In this document: one piece after another, positions 40,623 to 50,054 of the stretch
Layout: the number at the start of each line of letters is the position of its first letter
Position numbering within the stretch: position 1 is the first letter of the stretch
Source: an uncultured Actinomycetota bacterium
GTDB taxonomy: Bacteria; Actinomycetota; Actinomycetes; Mycobacteriales; Micromonosporaceae
Length of the DNA: 64,000 bases
NCBI GenBank assembly: GCA_963742715.1
Contig: CAVUMR010000003.1
Coordinates: 320,314-384,313, forward strand
Direction of reading: 5' to 3'
Program-made: the position numbers and the translations under genes
Notes under the pieces: model-generated
What the model was told of the DNA's origin: nothing
Database searches by the model: none
Seen by the model: the letters and a program-made list of their open reading frames with translations, nothing else

Positions 40623-41468
40623 TCAGGTCAAGGGCGGCAGGGTCAGGTTCGGCGGCCCGTCGAGCGCCGCGGCGCGGGGCTTGCGCCGCCGGAACACCAC
40701 GGCCGCGACCAGGCCGGCGACCAGCCCGCCCAGGTGGCCCTGCCAGGAGACCTGCGGATCGCCCGGGAGTACGCCGATGATCTGCCAGCCGAACAGGAGT
40801 GCGGCCAGCACCGCGGCGGCCAGGCTCCACAGCCGTCGGTCGACGATGCCGTGCAGGAACAGGTAGCCGAGGTACCCGAAGATCACGCCGCTGGCGCCCA
40901 CCACGATCGAGTTGGGATCGCCGAACAGCCAGACCGTGATACCGCTGATCAACGCGACGAACACAGTGACGACCAGGAACCGGCGCGGTTGGCCGGCGAG
41001 TACGAAGGTACCGAGCAGCACCAGCGGCACGCTGTTGCTGGCCAGGTGGGCGAGGCTCGCGTGCAGGAACGGGGCGAGCACGATCCCGTCCAGGCCGTCG
41101 ACGTGGCGCGGGTGGATTCCGCCCTGCGCGTCGATGCTGTGCCCGGCCAGGTAGTCGACGGCCTCGATCAGCCAGAGCAACGGAATGGCCGCGCACATCG
41201 TGATGAAGGCGCGGCCGATGGCGGCGTAGAACGGCTCGGTGCCGAAGGTCAGCTGGTCGGCCGGTTCGGTACGGGTGCGGTCGCTGGTCACCCCTCGTTG
41301 GTACCAGGGCGCGGTCGGCGCGACCAGCGGCTGGCCGATCCACCCCGCGGATTGGGTACGAAGACGGCCCGGCGCGAAAGCGGCGGCCCGGCACGAAGGC
41401 ACTGGCCGGACGGAAACGGCCGGGTAAGAAAGAGCGGCTGGCCGGACCTGAGTCCGGCCAGCCGCCAC
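40623..41468 (-). CDS. rhomboid-family intramembrane serine protease
   Basis: GASGVIFGYLG (GxSG) and WQGHLGGLVAGL (catalytic His) in a 6-TM core. The start is uncertain; GTG 41291 is an alternative to the track start 41468. Confidence 0.8.
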   Translation of the reverse strand: MAAGRTQVRPAALSYPAVSVRPVPSCRAAAFAPGRLRTQSAGWIGQPLVAPTAPWYQRGVTSDRTRTEPADQLTFGTEPFYAAIGRAFITMCAAIPLLWLIEAVDYLAGHSIDAQGGIHPRHVDGLDGIVLAPFLHASLAHLASNSVPLVLLGTFVLAGQPRRFLVVTVFVALISGITVWLFGDPNSIVVGASGVIFGYLGYLFLHGIVDRRLWSLAAAVLAALLFGWQIIGVLPGDPQVSWQGHLGGLVAGLVAAVVFRRRKPRAAALDGPPNLTLPPLT

Positions 41469-41497
41469 ATTCGCTATCGGCTCGTGTCAGGCGATTT

Positions 41498-42166
41498 CTA
41501 GTACCACCCGTTGGCCTGCCAGGTGTCCCAGGCACCACAAGGATCGTTGTACCGACCCTTGATGTAGCTCAGACCCCACTTGATCTGGGTCACCGGGTTG
41601 TCCGCCCAGTCGTCGCCGTACTGGGCCATCTTGTCGCCGGGCAGTGCCTGCGGGATGCCGTACGCCCCGGAGGCGTTGCCGGCGTGCGGGTTCCAGCCAC
41701 TCTCCTTGTTCCACAACGGCACCAGGCAGGACATCTGCTCGATGCCGAAGCCGAACTGGGGAAGAATCGCGCAGGCGACGGCCGGGTTACCGGTGAACTC
41801 CTTGCAGGACGCCGGGATCGGGATGGTTCCCCCGCCCGACGGGTTCGCGGCGGCGTTCGCCGCCTTGGCCCGCTGGGCGGCTGACTCGCCCGCCTCAGCC
41901 GCCTTCTGCGCGGCCGCACGGGCCGCGCTCCGGCTCGCGTCCTGCAACAGTTGCCGGCGGTACGCGTCGTTGGCGGCCTGCTTGCGCTGGGAGACCTCCT
42001 CGGCCGCGCCGGGACCACCCAGCCCGACCGATGCCGCCTCCCGTTGGCCGGCCAACGGACGACCCGATGGGTCACCGACGCTCAGGTAGACGCCGGCGAC
42101 CACACCCATCACGAGTACGAAAACAGCGAATGCGCGGATGGACACCCGAGTGGCGATCCGGTTCAC
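41498..42166 (-). CDS. secreted transglycosylase-like cell-wall hydrolase
   Basis: GTG start and an N-terminal TM/signal anchor. The C-terminal domain ...WNKESGWNPHAGNASGAYGIPQALPGDKMAQYGDDWADNPVTQIKWGLSYIKGRYNDPCGAWDTWQANGWY is typical of actinobacterial SLT-like domains. Confidence 0.8.
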   Translation of the reverse strand: MNRIATRVSIRAFAVFVLVMGVVAGVYLSVGDPSGRPLAGQREAASVGLGGPGAAEEVSQRKQAANDAYRRQLLQDASRSAARAAAQKAAEAGESAAQRAKAANAAANPSGGGTIPIPASCKEFTGNPAVACAILPQFGFGIEQMSCLVPLWNKESGWNPHAGNASGAYGIPQALPGDKMAQYGDDWADNPVTQIKWGLSYIKGRYNDPCGAWDTWQANGWY

Positions 42167-42383
42167 GCGCTAGGTCCCTTTCGTCGCGGACAGGGCACAG
42201 CAGGCACGGCAAAGACTCCGCCGTACTCGCCGCGAATGCGCAACCCGACACAGCGGGGTGTACCTCGACCTCGGGGAAGACCACCCGTTGAGGTGGCGGT
42301 CGCATCCACCGGTACCGGACATGTCCCGGCTAAGGGATCCGGTCAACCAGTGACACGACACCGGCCGAAAAGCACACAGGCAC

Positions 42384-42478
42384 TCGGCTGTACACCATTG
42401 CGTAGTCAGCCGTCGGCTGCCACCCCAGCCGCAGGGAACGTGTGTTTTGTCACGTCCCCGCGGCGGGATAGCAGCCGA
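42384..42478 (-). promoter_or_regulatory. candidate structured RNA leader (possibly a ydaO-type c-di-AMP riboswitch)
   Basis: On the minus strand: outer helix UCGGCUG (42478-42472) / CAGCCGA (42390-42384), enclosing CCGCGGGGACGUG-acaaaaca-CACGUUCCCUGCGG, then GGGGUG and CCGACGGCUGACUACGCAAUGG. These resemble the GCGGGGA, GGGGUGA and CCGA..CAGCUAAC..CG blocks of ydaO as I recall them. The match is only partial. Confidence 0.3.
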
Positions 42479-42509
42479 ATCGACAGTCGATGTGGTGTAT
42501 GCCCTTCGA

Positions 42510-43967
42510 TCAGGGGGTGAGATCCCCGAGCAGGTCGGTCACCACTTCGGCGATCTGGGACCGTTCCGACCGCAGAAGCGTGACGTGCGCGAACAGAGGG
42601 TGACCCTTCAGGGCCTCGATCACCGCGGTCACCCCGTCGTGCCGACCGACCCGCAGGTTGTCGCGTTGCGCCACGTCGTGCGTGAGCACCACCCGGGATC
42701 CGGTACCGATCCGCGACAGCACGGTCAGCAGCACGTTGCGCTCCAGCGACTGCGCCTCGTCCACGATCACGAAGGCGTCGTGCAGGCTGCGGCCCCGGAT
42801 ATGGGTCAGCGGCAGCACCTCGAGCATGCCGCGATCGAGTACCTCCTCGACCACGGCCTCGCTGACCAGCGCGCCGAGCGTGTCGAACACCGCCTGCGCC
42901 CACGGCGACATCTTGTCCGCCTCGTTGCCCGGCAGGTAGCCGAGGTCCTGACCACCCACGGCGTACAACGGGCGGAACACCACGACCTTCTTGTGCGCGC
43001 GCCGCTCCATCACCTGCTCCAGGCCCGCGCACAGCGCGAGCGCCGACTTGCCGGTACCAGCACGACCGCCCAGCGAGATGATCCCGACGCTGTCGTCGAG
43101 CAGCAGGTCGAGCGCGATCCGCTGCTCCGCGGACCGGCCGTGGATGCCGAACGCCTCCCGGTCACCGCGGGCCAGCTGGACCAGCTTGTCCGGGCGTACC
43201 CGACCCAGCGCCGAGCCGCGCCCGGACAGCAGCCGCAGCCCGGTATGACAGGGCAGGTCCCGGGCCGCGGGCAGGTCCAGCTGCTCGTCGCCGTACAGCC
43301 GGCCCATCTCCTCGTCGGTGAGCTCCAGCTCTGCCATCCCGGTCCAGGTCGGATCGCTCGCCTGACCGTGCCGGTACTCGTCCGCGGCCAGGCCGACCGA
43401 CGCGGCCTTGACCCGCAGCGGCATGTCCTTGGTCACCAGCGTGACCGCGCGCCCCTCGGCGCTCAGCGCGAGCGCCACCGCCAGGATCCGGGCGTCGTTG
43501 GTGTCGGCCCGGAAGCCGTACGGCAGGACCTCGGGATCGGCGTGGTTCAGCTCCACCTGTACGGTGCCGCCCGCCTCGTTGATCGGCAGTGGCGCGTCGA
43601 GCCGGCCGTGCCGTACCCGGATGTCGTCGAGCAGGCGCAACGACTGCCGGGCGAACCAGCCGAGTTCGGGATGGTGCCGCTTGCCCTCCAGTTCGCTGAT
43701 CACGACCAACGGCAGGACGACCTCGTGCTCGTCGAAGCGCAGGAACGCGGCCGGGTCGGAGAGAAGTACCGAGGTGTCGATCACGAATGTCCGGCGGGCC
43801 GGATCCGGAGCGCGACGGGTCGCGCGGCGCCGGGTACCGGCCGGTACCGATGAGGCAGCGGGCTCCTCCGCGGAAGCGCCGCTGTCAGCACCGGTGGGGG
43901 ACGAAGCGGGAGTAGTACGGCGTGTGGTCACGGGCCTGCTCCAGCGGGCGTGCACCTCCGCGCCCAC
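42510..43967 (-). CDS. phoH2: PhoH2: N-terminal PIN domain fused to a PhoH-like ATPase
   Basis: PIN ([12 protein letters not shown]..., [11 protein letters not shown]), Walker A ([12 protein letters not shown]) and Walker B (FVIVDEAQ). The N-terminal 60 aa are low complexity, so the start is uncertain (GTG 43967, 43955 or 43931). Confidence 0.85.
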   Translation of the reverse strand: MGAEVHARWSRPVTTRRTTPASSPTGADSGASAEEPAASSVPAGTRRRATRRAPDPARRTFVIDTSVLLSDPAAFLRFDEHEVVLPLVVISELEGKRHHPELGWFARQSLRLLDDIRVRHGRLDAPLPINEAGGTVQVELNHADPEVLPYGFRADTNDARILAVALALSAEGRAVTLVTKDMPLRVKAASVGLAADEYRHGQASDPTWTGMAELELTDEEMGRLYGDEQLDLPAARDLPCHTGLRLLSGRGSALGRVRPDKLVQLARGDREAFGIHGRSAEQRIALDLLLDDSVGIISLGGRAGTGKSALALCAGLEQVMERRAHKKVVVFRPLYAVGGQDLGYLPGNEADKMSPWAQAVFDTLGALVSEAVVEEVLDRGMLEVLPLTHIRGRSLHDAFVIVDEAQSLERNVLLTVLSRIGTGSRVVLTHDVAQRDNLRVGRHDGVTAVIEALKGHPLFAHVTLLRSERSQIAEVVTDLLGDLTP

Positions 43968-44165
43968 GTCCGGGGCCTACCGGTTCCCGGCCACCTGGGG
44001 CCGGGTGCCGGTCCCATGGCTGCATGCTCACCATCCGGGCCTCCCGGGCGGGCGGGAGATCCCCGCGCCACGTCAATGACGCTAGCGGCGAGAAGCCGGG
44101 GTTGCCAGTGAGCGACACCCCGAGCGGAAAAAAGTCTCATTCGTGGACATCGTTCCCCACGTACC

Positions 44166-44186
44166 GCCTGACGTGCGGAGTCAGGC
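44166..44186 (-). terminator. hairpin overlapping the prenyl-transferase stop codon
   Basis: GCCTGAC-gtgcgga-GTCAGGC, a 7-bp stem. A T6 run (minus strand, 44133-44128) follows about 30 nt further on. Confidence 0.3.
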
Positions 44187-44951
44187 TCCGTACCGGCGCT
44201 GCCGACTGGCGTACGAGCGCAGTGCCCGCAGAAAGTCGACATGCCGGAAGTCCGGCCAGTGCGCCTCGCAGAAGTAGAACTCCGAGTGCGCGCTCTGCCA
44301 GAGCAGGAAGCCGGACAGCCGCTGCTCGCCACTGGTACGGATCACCAGATCCGGATCGGGCTGGCCACGGGTGTACAGGTGCTCGGAGATGTGGTCCACG
44401 TCGAGCACCTCGGCCAGTTCCTCGATCGAGGTACCGGCGCGGGCGTGCTGCTGGAGCAGCGAGCGGACCGCGTCGGCGATCTCGCGCCGGCCGCCGTACC
44501 CCACCGCGATGTTGACCTGAGCGCCCCCGGACCGGCCGCGGGTGCGCTCGGCGGCGTCCTTGAGCGCGACCGAGGTCTGGGCCGGCAGGGTGTCCAGCGC
44601 GCCGACCATCCGCAGCCGCCACGGCAGGCCGTCGGCGGCCAGCTCGGTGACCAGCTTCTCGATGATCCGCAGCAGCGGCTCGAGTTCGGCCGCGGGCCGG
44701 GTCAGGTTGTCCGTGGACAGCAGCCACAGGGTGACGTGCTCGATGCCGGCCTCGTCGCACCAGCGCAGCAGCTGCTCGACATTGGCCGCCCCGGCGCGGT
44801 GGCCCTCATTGGGGTCGTCGTACCCCATCGCCTTGGCCCACCGCCGGTTGCCGTCGAGCATCACCCCGACGTGTCGCGGGCGGGGCGCGCCGGCCAGACC
44901 AGCGCGCAGTCGCTGCTCATAGAGCGTGTACAGGAGTCTCGGCAGGCCCAC
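44181..44951 (-). CDS. Z-isoprenyl diphosphate synthase (Rv1086-like short-chain cis-prenyl transferase)
   Basis: GTG 44951 gives (M)GLPRLLYTLYEQRLRAGL...PRHVGVMLDGNRRWA...LWLLSTDNL...DLVIRTSGEQRLSGFLLWQSAHSEFYFCEAHWPDFRHVDFLRALRSYASRQRRYG. This is nearly collinear with Mtb Rv1086 as I remember it. Confidence 0.9.
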   Translation of the reverse strand: MGLPRLLYTLYEQRLRAGLAGAPRPRHVGVMLDGNRRWAKAMGYDDPNEGHRAGAANVEQLLRWCDEAGIEHVTLWLLSTDNLTRPAAELEPLLRIIEKLVTELAADGLPWRLRMVGALDTLPAQTSVALKDAAERTRGRSGGAQVNIAVGYGGRREIADAVRSLLQQHARAGTSIEELAEVLDVDHISEHLYTRGQPDPDLVIRTSGEQRLSGFLLWQSAHSEFYFCEAHWPDFRHVDFLRALRSYASRQRRYGA

Positions 44952-45072
44952 GACTCGCCACAGTACGCCCGACGGGTAGCCGCCGGCATACCCGTGAGCG
45001 GGGCCCGACCGGCCGGTGCGCCGCGGCCCGGTCGTCGCGCCGGATCCGACGCGGCACCGGGCCGGGATACGC

Positions 45073-45109
45073 GTCGGCCGGCGGTGCCCGATGGGCGCCG
45101 CCGGCCGAC
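45073..45109 (-). terminator. terminator hairpin after the metalloprotease gene
   Basis: GTCGGCCGGCGG-13 nt-CCGCCGGCCGAC, a perfect 12-bp stem 12 nt downstream of the stop at 45121. Confidence 0.55.
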
Positions 45110-45120
45110 AACCGCTGGAG

Positions 45121-46536
45121 CTAGAGGATCCCGCGGGCGTGGAACGCCTGCTGGACCGAGTTCGCGGCCGCGGCGCCGTAGAGCGTCTGCGCCGTCGCCA
45201 CGGTCGCCTGCGCGGCTTCCGCGAACGAGGTGTCCGGCGCATAGCTGAACTGCGCCTCCAGGATCACCGTGTTGGCCTTGGTCCGGCCGAGGGCGCCGTG
45301 GATGTCGAACAGGGCCCGGGACCAGATCTCGCCGTCGTCGTGCACCTCACCGTCGGCGTCGGCCGGGTAGACCTTCGTACCGTCCACCCGCCGCAGGCAG
45401 TGCGGCGTGCCGCTGGTGTACGAGACCGCGTCCCAGTCGGCGATACAGGCCAGTGGAGTCTTGGCGGTGGCCGCACTCACCGGTATCGACATGGTGAAGG
45501 CCCAGTAGTCGCCGAAGCCCTCACCGATCGCGCCACCCTCCTCGCTGGAGCCGAAGCCGGGCACCTGGGCGTCCTGGATCGCGTGCCCGTACTCGTGCCA
45601 GATCACCTCGGCGTCCTCGGCGTCGTCGACACCGCCGGTGCCGTACGTGATCTGGTCCTTGGCCGGCTCGTAGAACGAGTTGTCGTCGGTCAGGCCGACC
45701 GTCTTGAAGTTCTGCGGCTCGCTGTTGACATCGGTGAAGCCGATGCTGTGGATGTACTTCTGCGCCTCGGTGAGGTGGAAGTACGCCATCGTCTGCTCGA
45801 AACCGGCCTGCGAACGGTTGTACTTGAACGTCCTGGTCGACGAGGTGACCTGCTTGCCGTTCGGGTTCGCGTTGTAGGCGTACGTCCCGCGCAGCTTCCC
45901 GCCGGCGTTGAGGTTGGTCAGCGTGACCGTCTTGTACGCCGCCTTGATGGCCGCGTAGTTGGCGTTGTTCTGGTCGGTCAGGCCCTCGTTCTGCAGGGTC
46001 ACCACGGCGTTCGGGTTGAACACCTGACCGGTGCCGGTCTCGTGCTTGACCAGGTCGTCGACCCGCAGCACCGCGCCGTTGCCGGCGTCGACCAGGGTGC
46101 GCGCCGCGCCCGCGTCGCTACCGGTCCGTACCGACCAGGCGAGCTTCGCGGTGCTGCCGGGCAGTACCACCAGCTCCGTGCCCTGCACCGTGTCGCCGGC
46201 GCCCTTCCACGCCGCGATGACCGCCTTTTCCTTGCTCACCGCCGCGTTCGGGCTGTCCAGGCCGGTTACCGTACGCCGTCCGTCCTGCACCGCCACCGCA
46301 CCGGTACGGGTGTCGACGTGCTTCGCGTAGTAGCCCCCGAGCACCTCGTGCCCGCCGTAGGTCTGCCGGTACCAGTAGTGCGTGGCGAGCTGGGAATGTC
46401 GTACCGCTACCAGCTCCAACCCGGCCTGCGGCGCGGCTTGGGCCGGGCCGGCGAGGCTGAGCAGGGCGGCGGTGACCGCGGCCGCCACGCCGGCGGCCCC
46501 GACCGCGCGGATCCGACGATTCAGGGGTGTGCTCAA
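45121..46536 (-). CDS. secreted zinc metalloprotease (thermolysin/fungalysin-like gluzincin with propeptide)
   Basis: TTG start with a GGAGGTG SD. Signal peptide (..LAGPAQAAP), an FTP-like propeptide (YRQTYGGHEVLGGY), HEYGHAI (HExxH), and a third ligand in GEGFGDYWA. Confidence 0.85.
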   Translation of the reverse strand: MSTPLNRRIRAVGAAGVAAAVTAALLSLAGPAQAAPQAGLELVAVRHSQLATHYWYRQTYGGHEVLGGYYAKHVDTRTGAVAVQDGRRTVTGLDSPNAAVSKEKAVIAAWKGAGDTVQGTELVVLPGSTAKLAWSVRTGSDAGAARTLVDAGNGAVLRVDDLVKHETGTGQVFNPNAVVTLQNEGLTDQNNANYAAIKAAYKTVTLTNLNAGGKLRGTYAYNANPNGKQVTSSTRTFKYNRSQAGFEQTMAYFHLTEAQKYIHSIGFTDVNSEPQNFKTVGLTDDNSFYEPAKDQITYGTGGVDDAEDAEVIWHEYGHAIQDAQVPGFGSSEEGGAIGEGFGDYWAFTMSIPVSAATAKTPLACIADWDAVSYTSGTPHCLRRVDGTKVYPADADGEVHDDGEIWSRALFDIHGALGRTKANTVILEAQFSYAPDTSFAEAAQATVATAQTLYGAAAANSVQQAFHARGIL

Positions 46537-46656
46537 TCTGCACCTCCAGCAAGGGTGGGAGGCGCGGGCCTACGGCCGGCGCTGCCGGGAGGCTAACCGA
46601 GCGTGCCGATCGACGGAAGGTTTTCGGATCGGTGGCAGGGTTAGCGCAAGGGCCGG

Positions 46657-47547
46657 TCAGGCGACCGGGGCGGTGGATCGAGCCGATCGGCTGAAGTAGT
46701 CCCGCGCGCTGCGGTGCCCGGTCAGGCCGTACACGATGATGCCGGCGACCGCGGCGAGCGGCAACCCGTCGGTCAGCAGGCTGTCCGGGCCGAGCAGCAG
46801 CAGGCACAGCAGCGGTTGGGTGGCCAGGGCCACCAGCGCGCCGGCCAGTACCGGCCACCGTCCCGCCCGGAAGCCGAACGTCAGCGCCAGCACCGAGTAC
46901 GGCACCACCAGGTACAGCACGAGCAGCAGGCCGAGCCAGAACAGCAGGATGGGTACGGTCACCGCGGCCCCGAGCAGGCCCAGCTCGGCCGACCGGTCGC
47001 CGAACACCGCACCGGTGGCCACCAGGAACGGCACCGCGGTCAGCGGTACCAGCCACAGCGCCAGGTACCCCGCGGCGGCCACCCAGATCGGCCGGTCCGC
47101 GCCGCGCCGGGTCCAGCGGGAGCCGGTGTCGGGCCCGGGCGGCGGGGTCAGGTGCTCGGTGACGACCGGCCGGGTCAGCAGCACGATGACCGCGGCGGCC
47201 AGTACCACCACCAGCACCGAACCGGTGATCAACAGAGCCCGGATCCCGTCCGGGGTACGGGCGATCCAGGCCAGCCGGACCACCCCGAACGCGGCGGACA
47301 GCGCGAGTACGGCCGCGACCGGCCGCGCCCCCGGCTTGCGCCGGGCGATCCGGCGCGGCAGCACCGCCAGCGCGTACGCCCGGACCACGGCCCAACCGGC
47401 GCGTACCGCGACCGCGAAACCACCGCCGGCGGCCGCGGTGTGCAGCTCACCCCGGAAGTACAGCAGCGCATAGCCGAGGTCGACGGCGGCCGACACCAGG
47501 CCGGTCGCCACGCAGAGAACGGCGAGAAGCCGGACCAGCCGCGGCAT
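46657..47547 (-). CDS. integral membrane protein, function unknown
   Basis: 296-aa ORF with about 8 hydrophobic segments and uniformly high third-position GC. No recognisable motif. Confidence 0.6.
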   Translation of the reverse strand: MPRLVRLLAVLCVATGLVSAAVDLGYALLYFRGELHTAAAGGGFAVAVRAGWAVVRAYALAVLPRRIARRKPGARPVAAVLALSAAFGVVRLAWIARTPDGIRALLITGSVLVVVLAAAVIVLLTRPVVTEHLTPPPGPDTGSRWTRRGADRPIWVAAAGYLALWLVPLTAVPFLVATGAVFGDRSAELGLLGAAVTVPILLFWLGLLLVLYLVVPYSVLALTFGFRAGRWPVLAGALVALATQPLLCLLLLGPDSLLTDGLPLAAVAGIIVYGLTGHRSARDYFSRSARSTAPVA

Positions 47548-47700
47548 GAACCCTCCCCGGATCGGTCGTCGTGGTGCCGACCCGGTCCGGATCTACCCGA
47601 TGGAGCGGATTCTCATGTGTGACCCGCCGGTCCGGCCGCAACCAGCCCGCGCCGGACCGGTGGACGCGCCGGCCGCGCCGGGCCGGTCACCGCGGCCAGC

Positions 47701-47732
47701 CGCGCCGGGCCGGTTTACGGTGGCCCGGCGCG
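47701..47732 (-). terminator. terminator hairpin after pckG
   Basis: CGCGCCGGGCC-ggtttacggt-GGCCCGGCGCG, a perfect 11-bp stem 10 nt downstream of the pckG stop. The left arm is duplicated about 29 nt further on (47672-47687). Confidence 0.55.
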
Positions 47733-47742
47733 ACCGCCCGGG

Positions 47743-49590
47743 TCAGTCCATCCCGAGGCGGGCCCGGAGCGCGTCGAGTTCGGCCCACAGCACGCCGGGC
47801 AGCTTGTCGCCGAACTTGTCGAACCACTCCTGGACCTGCGGTACCTCGGCCTTCCACTCCTCCGCGTCGACGGCGAGCGCGACGGCCAGCTCCTCGTCGG
47901 TCAGGTCCAGACCGTCGGTGTCGATCGCCTCCGGGGTCGGTACCAGGCCGATCGGCGTCTCCACCGCGGCGGCCTCGCCTTCCAGCCGCTCGATGACCCA
48001 CTTGAGCACCCGGCTGTTCTCGCCGAAGCCCGGCCAGATGAACCCGCCGTCGGCATCGCGCCGGAACCAGTTGACGTAGAAGATCTTCGGCAGCTTGGCG
48101 GGGTCGCCGGCACCTTCCCCGGCGCCCTTGCCCATCTCGATCCAGTGCCGGAAGTAGTCGCCGGCGTTGTACCCGATGAACGGGAGCATGGCCATCGGGT
48201 CGCGCCGGACCACCCCGACCTTCCCGGTCGCGGCGGCGGTGGTCTCGCTGGACAGCGTCGCGCCCAGGTACACGCCGTGGTTCCAGTCCCGCGCCTCGGT
48301 CACCAGCGGCACGGTGTTCGCGCGACGGCCGCCGAAGAGCACGGCGGAGATCGGTACGCCGTTCGGGTCCTCGTACTCCGGCGCGACGATCGGGCACTGG
48401 TTGATCGGCGTGCAGAACCGGGAGTTCGGGTGCGAGGACAGCTCGTCGGAGTCCGGCGTCCAGTCCCGGCCCTTCCAGTCGGTCAGGTGTGCCGGGGCCT
48501 CCTTCGAGTACCCCTCCCACCAGACGTCGCCGTCGTCGGTGAGCGCCACGTTGGTGAACATCGAGTTGCCGCGCTCGATGGTGCGCATCGCGTTCGGGTT
48601 GGTCTTCCAGCCGGTACCCGGGGCGACGCCGAAGAAGCCGTACTCGGGGTTCACCGCGTACAGCCGGCCGTCGTCACCGAACCGCAGCCAGGCGATGTCG
48701 TCGCCGAGCGTCTCGACCTTCCAGCCCGGGATGGTCGGCTCGAGCATGGCCAGGTTGGTCTTGCCACACGCGGACGGGAACGCGGCGGTGATGTAGTACG
48801 TCTTCTGCTCGGGGCTGGTCAGCTTCAGGATCAGCATGTGCTCGGCCATCCAACCCTCGTCCCGGGCCATGGCCGACGCGATCCGCAGCGAGTAGCACTT
48901 CTTGCCGAGCAGGGAGTTGCCGCCGTACCCGGAGCCGAACGACCAGATCTCGCGGGTGTCGGGGAAGTGCGAGATGTACTTGGTGTCGTTGCACGGCCAG
49001 GCCACGTCCTGCTGCCCCGGCTCGAGCGGAGCACCGATCGAGTGCAGGCACGGTACGAACTTCGCGTCGTCCTCGGTCAGCCGCTCGAGGATCTTGGCGC
49101 CCATCCGGGTCATGATCCGCATCGAGGCGACCACGTACGCGGAGTCGGTGATCTCCACGCCGTACATCGGCTTCTCGGCGCTGAGCGGCCCCATGCAGAA
49201 CGGGATGACGTACATGGTGCGCCCGCGCATGCTGCCGCGGTACAGCTCCGTCATCTTCTGCTTCATCTCGTCCGGAGCCATCCAGTTGTTGGTCGGACCG
49301 GCTCCGTCCGGTGTCGCGGAACAGATGTACGTACGCTCCTCGACCCGCGCCACGTCGGTCGGGTCGGTACGCGCCCAGAACGAGTTCGGCTTCTTCTCGT
49401 CGTTCAGTCGTACCAGCGTGCCCGCCTCGACGAGCTCGTCGGTGAGCCGCGTCCACTCCTCGTCCGATCCGTCCACCCAGACGACCCGGTCGGGAGTGGT
49501 GAGCTCGGCGACCTCCCGGACCCAGGTGACCAGCCCGGAATGCGTCGTCGGGGGATGGTCGAGACCTGGAACCGTCGCCGGAGCGCTCAT
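47743..49590 (-). CDS. pckG: phosphoenolpyruvate carboxykinase (GTP)
   Basis: 615 aa with a GAGGAGAAGG SD. Contains [19 protein letters not shown] (kinase-1a), GDDIAWLRF and WFRRD. Confidence 0.95.
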   Translation of the reverse strand: MSAPATVPGLDHPPTTHSGLVTWVREVAELTTPDRVVWVDGSDEEWTRLTDELVEAGTLVRLNDEKKPNSFWARTDPTDVARVEERTYICSATPDGAGPTNNWMAPDEMKQKMTELYRGSMRGRTMYVIPFCMGPLSAEKPMYGVEITDSAYVVASMRIMTRMGAKILERLTEDDAKFVPCLHSIGAPLEPGQQDVAWPCNDTKYISHFPDTREIWSFGSGYGGNSLLGKKCYSLRIASAMARDEGWMAEHMLILKLTSPEQKTYYITAAFPSACGKTNLAMLEPTIPGWKVETLGDDIAWLRFGDDGRLYAVNPEYGFFGVAPGTGWKTNPNAMRTIERGNSMFTNVALTDDGDVWWEGYSKEAPAHLTDWKGRDWTPDSDELSSHPNSRFCTPINQCPIVAPEYEDPNGVPISAVLFGGRRANTVPLVTEARDWNHGVYLGATLSSETTAAATGKVGVVRRDPMAMLPFIGYNAGDYFRHWIEMGKGAGEGAGDPAKLPKIFYVNWFRRDADGGFIWPGFGENSRVLKWVIERLEGEAAAVETPIGLVPTPEAIDTDGLDLTDEELAVALAVDAEEWKAEVPQVQEWFDKFGDKLPGVLWAELDALRARLGMD

Positions 49591-49719
49591 GACACCTTCT
49601 CCTCGAGATCGGGAAACCGACCGTTATTGGGCCAAACACGGGTAGGCCACAGTGACGTGGGACACGTTGGGGTTCCACACAGCCTAAATCCCCGCGCGGC
49701 GGGCGGCGCCCTCACCCCT

Positions 49720-49735
49720 TGTGAAAATATGCACA
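49720..49735. promoter_or_regulatory. candidate CRP/GlxR-family operator upstream of pckG
   Basis: TGTGA-AAATAT-GCACA differs from the TGTGA-N6-TCACA consensus at one position. It is an AT-rich island in GC-rich DNA, centred about 137 nt upstream of the pckG ATG. Confidence 0.4.
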
Positions 49736-50054
49736 AGAACCGCGCGAGCGCGTTACCTGCGCCGATAGCGAGCGCTCCGGTGTCCCGGGGAGGCTCAACA
49801 CGGGGAACAGTGCCGCTGCGCAACCCTTACGTTACGCACGTTGCGGTCGGCTCGCAGCTCAGGATCGCAGCCGCGGCGGTACCGCAGGACGGGGTATCCG
49901 TCGGTCATGACGCGGTCGTGGCCGGCGACTATCCGGTCGCCGGCCACTTGCTACCTGTGCTCGCTACCGCGCTGCGTGCTCTCGCCAGCGCGCTACTTGC
50001 TTTCGCGACCGCGCTACCTGCGCGCGCCATTGCGAGCAGCCAGCGCGCCGGGGG

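Noticed and set aside
46118-47395. 425-aa minus-strand ORF spanning the protease 5' end, the intergenic gap and the membrane protein gene.
   Set aside because: It is an off-frame product (RGAGP-rich) and is incompatible with the two well-supported genes it overlaps.
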